Assembly (NCBI GenBank): GCA_029531755.1
Contig: CM055976.1
Location: 6,848,493 to 6,912,492 of the forward strand
DNA: 64,000 nucleotides
Direction of reading: 5' to 3'
Source: Holothuria leucospilota
Lineage: Eukaryota
Positions 60,590 to 64,000 of the stretch are shown here, in pieces. The notes beneath the pieces are model-generated. The model worked only from the letters and a program-made list of their open reading frames with translations. It was not told the origin of the DNA and did not search any database. Every line of letters starts with the position of its first letter. Within the stretch, counting starts at the first letter, position 1. Position numbers and translations under genes: made by a program.

Positions 60590-61670
60590 CTTTAACTAGA
60601 CATGTTTCTGCTCTTGGATTTAGATATTTAGCTTCCCCTAGAGTGGGACTTTTAGTACTGTAGGTTTGACCTGGTCTTCATTCAAAGTAGGGGAAAAAAA
60701 CTCTTTTTGAGCACCTCGATAAGAGCATCGACATGGCAATCTTCTCCAACCTTGTGAGTTGCTACCAGTTCACCATTACTTTCAAGTCTAAATTTAACCA
60801 TACTACTGTGATTTAACTAGGTAAACTGAGAGTTCCTGAGAGACCTTTTCTTAGAATGGTTAGCTCAGAACTCAGAGTCCTGAGGTAAATATTCTAAGAG
60901 AAGGTCTCTCTGGAACTCCCATAGAAATCACAAACAGCACTCTTGAAAGAGTAAATTTAGTCAACATAAAACTTATTTAGAAGTTTCTACAACTGTCCTG
61001 TTCAACTTGCTAAAAGCATCACCTGCTGTAGGCTCAAAATGGCAAAGCAGGATCATGAATTAAAATCCTTTCTTCCACAAAAAGTAGGGTAGTTTTCCAG
61101 AACCCTGAAAAGGAAGAAACTTCGTGCAAGCTTCTCATGGTTTCCAAAGGAAGTTAACAGACATAAAAGACAGAATTTAAACTGTCAGAAATAGTCTGAA
61201 GGCGGAATAAACCAAATACTTTATTTAAAACCCCTCTGATAGCTAGACTTGCTGGACGTAGAGAAAGTATAGCTCTTGGTAGGGTTTTAAAGTTTATAGC
61301 TACCCCCACTAAACCAACCAGAATATGAATCCTCAGAGCCCTAAAAGAATCAATTATAACCATTAGGATAGGATGTACTCTGCACAGACATTGGCATCCA
61401 AAATCTGTGTCAAGAACCACGATTCCTAGCCTATGAAAAGATGCCCAAGCAAAACTGTTACCTAGTTAAATTTATACTCAAAAGTGATGGTGAACTGGAA
61501 ATAACCCCCAAGGTTGAAGAAGATAGCTAATGAGGTGCTCTAAAAAAGCTTATTTCTCTGCTATGAAATAAGACCAGGTCAAACAACTAAAAAGTCCCAC
61601 TACTGATGAAGATCAAAATCTAAAACCATGAGCAGAAACATGTCTATGGTAGTTAAAGGTAGAAAACTAA
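60590..61670. repeat. Large foldback structure with ~300-bp inverted arms (60590-60850 versus 61400-61670), enclosing a central ~90-bp perfect hairpin (60830-60920) and unique sequence.
   Basis: Reverse-complement matches: ctagacatgtttctgctcttggatttagat versus atctaaaaccatgagcagaaacatgtctatgg; gtgggacttttagtactgtaggtttgacctggtcttcattc versus its reverse complement at 61560-61610; ggtaaactgagagttcc versus gttacctagttaaattt at 61460. Confidence 0.6.
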
Positions 61671-64000
61671 CATAGCAGCACTACAAAGTATCTGCAGTCA
61701 TTTACCCAATCCAACAGCACAAAGATGCTATTGTCTACCTAAGAGACACAAAGTCTGTTGAAGGTCTGGTGATATGCAAATTACATAGGCCTATTTGATG
61801 TAAAAGCGTTAAAAATCCAGAAAGTATCTGCAATTCCGATCAAAATCCATCAAATTTTGACCATTTTACAGACTAATTTCTGTTTCACACTTGTACTATG
61901 AATAAACATGAACTATAGATGCAAATTTGTGATGTCAAAAGAGGTACCGTACATACCATATATGGCTAATATTAGTCTTTGTTTTTGCAACCTTCATTTC
62001 AAGGATACCTGTAGCATTGGTATCCCCTGAGGGATTTATCATGGAAGTTAAACTTGTGTCCTGGAAAATATTGACATTACTCACCAAACTGTAAACTATT
62101 TGATCAGTAATTAAGAGATGATTTATATAGGGTTAACAAAAGAAATCTTAACACTGTGCAACATTCCACATCATTTTTGCATAGGCATTGAGTCACTTTG
62201 GAAATCATTTAACTGTGAGGAGGTTTAGATCTTGAGAACGATGAAAGATATTGAAATAATTCCAGCTGATCTTTCATTGGGGGATATTATTCTTTAACTG
62301 CCAAGTGAAAACAGCTCTTTTTGGTAGCATGTGCCCATAAACTTGAAGAACACTTGTTTTGAAAAATGCTTAACACTGGACTACCTATGTGGTATCAGAT
62401 AATGCTACTGCCTACCACTATTACTTAATGCATTTATCTGGAAACCAAATCTTATAAACCTATTAAAACCTATATTTTGGCCCTTGAAAACCTTTAAGAA
62501 CCTTTATTTTCATTTTTAAAACCTATAATAAAACCTATATTTCAGAGAAGAGATGCTGTGAGGCCTGGCTATGAACCCTCTTCAGTCAAGGTAACCCTAC
62601 ACAAGGATGTTTTCTCTTAGTCTCCATACTTACCCCGTATTCAGCCAGGGGTGACACTAATCCCTAAGGTTTATAGTCTATATCATTGCGGGTAACTTGT
62701 GAAGATTATCCACAAGTGTACAATATTAAGCAGAGCTTGATGCCTCTGTTGATTATGCACATGTATACCACAGTTTTACAATTGGTTGTATTCTCAGCTG
62801 TATACATGTGTGCAATATCTTGGCAGTACTAATAAATTTCATGTTTCTTATTGAAATCTCAACCACCTTCATTGTGAAAGGAAAACACAGTGCATGATGT
62901 GCTCCCTTATGTCTAACTTAAGGTTAGGTGAAGGGACCACAAGATAGCACCCCCATCATGACAGAGTTACCCAGCCTATAATTAATGACCCCCATCTTGA
63001 AATTCAGTTTGCCTGTCACAACTGGGTCATGAAGTTATTTCTTCATGAAATATTTGTTGTAGATGAAAATAGAATTTTGGATTAAATAGATGGTCATACC
63101 TGCCATGGCGAGGCATTTGAAGTGATTTTAAAGGGCAGTTTTGACCAAAAGTGGCAGCCACCTTGAAATTCAACGTGGCCACTATTTATGCTCGATGGCA
63201 ATATCAGTGGGTTTGTTGGTATGGAAAACATGGGGTAAGCCATAACAATTATACTTACAGCTTCAAGAATAAGGAAGTTATGGCTATTTTTCTGTGAGAA
63301 ATTGAGGCTAATTTGAAATTCAAAATGGTTGCCATGATAATGTCAGGAAAAGTGGAACCCTACACTTTTTGGATCCAGCATACCCAAAACATCAAGAAAA
63401 TGCAAAACAAAACAAAAAAATGAAACTAGACAGCCCTATCTCAAAAAATTACACCAGAATCCTGACTATAGTAATCCTTAACTCTTTTTACAATAGATGA
63501 TCGTTTAATATTGCATACATGTGTCAGATGACTGTTAATAGATACACTCCTCTCACAGTAGGATTAGTCTTAGTCCTCCCAGAGCTTGCTCCTCCACCAT
63601 GTCAGATAACCAGAGCCTGAGACTCTAGCATTTCAGGTGTTGTTAGGGGCCAATGGCTCCTGCAAGGCTTGGGGATGTACCTTGGTACTGTATGAGACTC
63701 AAAAAAAATAGCAGAGATGAGAGAATTTCTATTAATTGTCGTGGATTTATTCTGGTGATTATTCCTTTCTCATATTACACAAGTGATTTGCGATGATGAA
63801 TTATTAAAGATCATGATGCTGGAATCATGTTGGCTGGCCTTAAAAATGAAAATGAGTTAGAGCCACATGCTCTTTGACATGGTATATACCATACTTCCTA
63901 CATGTACTAAATCATTGAGGTCTGCAACACAAGTGTCTCTTACCTGCTGCCTCCATCTTTCTACAGGAAGTAACTGATATGGGATAGGTTTGTGACTGGC

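Noticed and set aside
62544-62590. Possible small exon (RRDAVRPGYEPSSVK) with tttcAG acceptor and AAG|GTAACC donor
   Set aside because: It is too short, has no homology or phase support, and is isolated in repeat-rich sequence. It was noted but not called.
1-64000. Prokaryotic-style interpretation: operons, defence islands, CRISPR
   Set aside because: The pervasive GT-AG introns, polypyrimidine tracts, satellite arrays, SINE/MITE content and metazoan-specific PARP-VIT-vWA gene show that this is animal nuclear DNA. No direct-repeat/spacer architecture is present.

Overview
This is eukaryotic (metazoan) genomic DNA, so the bacterial-style six-frame ORF track is mostly uninformative. It is AT-rich, intron-rich and heavily loaded with repeats. 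The ORF track also appears to count TTG/CTG/GTG as start codons, so its 'M' starts were ignored. The main content is a single large multi-exon gene on the + strand that enters the window from upstream. I resolved at least 20 exons. Read in order, their translations give the C-terminal part of a PARP helical/regulatory domain, a PARP catalytic domain (H-Y-E positions retained), a VIT domain and a vWA domain, followed by an acidic, Ser-rich low-complexity tail. That architecture is diagnostic of a vault poly(ADP-ribose) polymerase (PARP4/vPARP) homolog. The introns and the downstream region are dominated by repeats: (1) three copies of a composite element with a head, a (TG)n tract, a ~145-bp satellite array and a tail carrying ~60-bp subrepeats; (2) two copies of a second composite family with a hairpin head, (GTCT)n and a ~155-bp satellite, reminiscent of the 'pearl'-type satellite-carrying elements described in bivalves; (3) tRNA-derived SINE-like copies, including an inverted pair bracketing the catalytic-core exons; (4) several TIR MITEs and one large foldback element. 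Two unusual structures touch the gene itself. One is a ~31-copy, 67-bp tandem array born from the last 27 nt of an exon plus the first 40 nt of its intron, which reiterates a consensus GTAAGG splice donor ~31 times. The other is a ~4.07-kb tandem segmental duplication (2.5 copies plus a degenerate zeroth copy) that reiterates a pair of short phase-compatible exons encoding an acidic SSELEE/LKEVETSDDE module; one copy is disabled by an in-frame stop. The repeat families, (GTCT)n and satellite-in-TE organisation suggest a mollusc, probably a bivalve, but that is inference. No rRNA, tRNA or CRISPR features are present.
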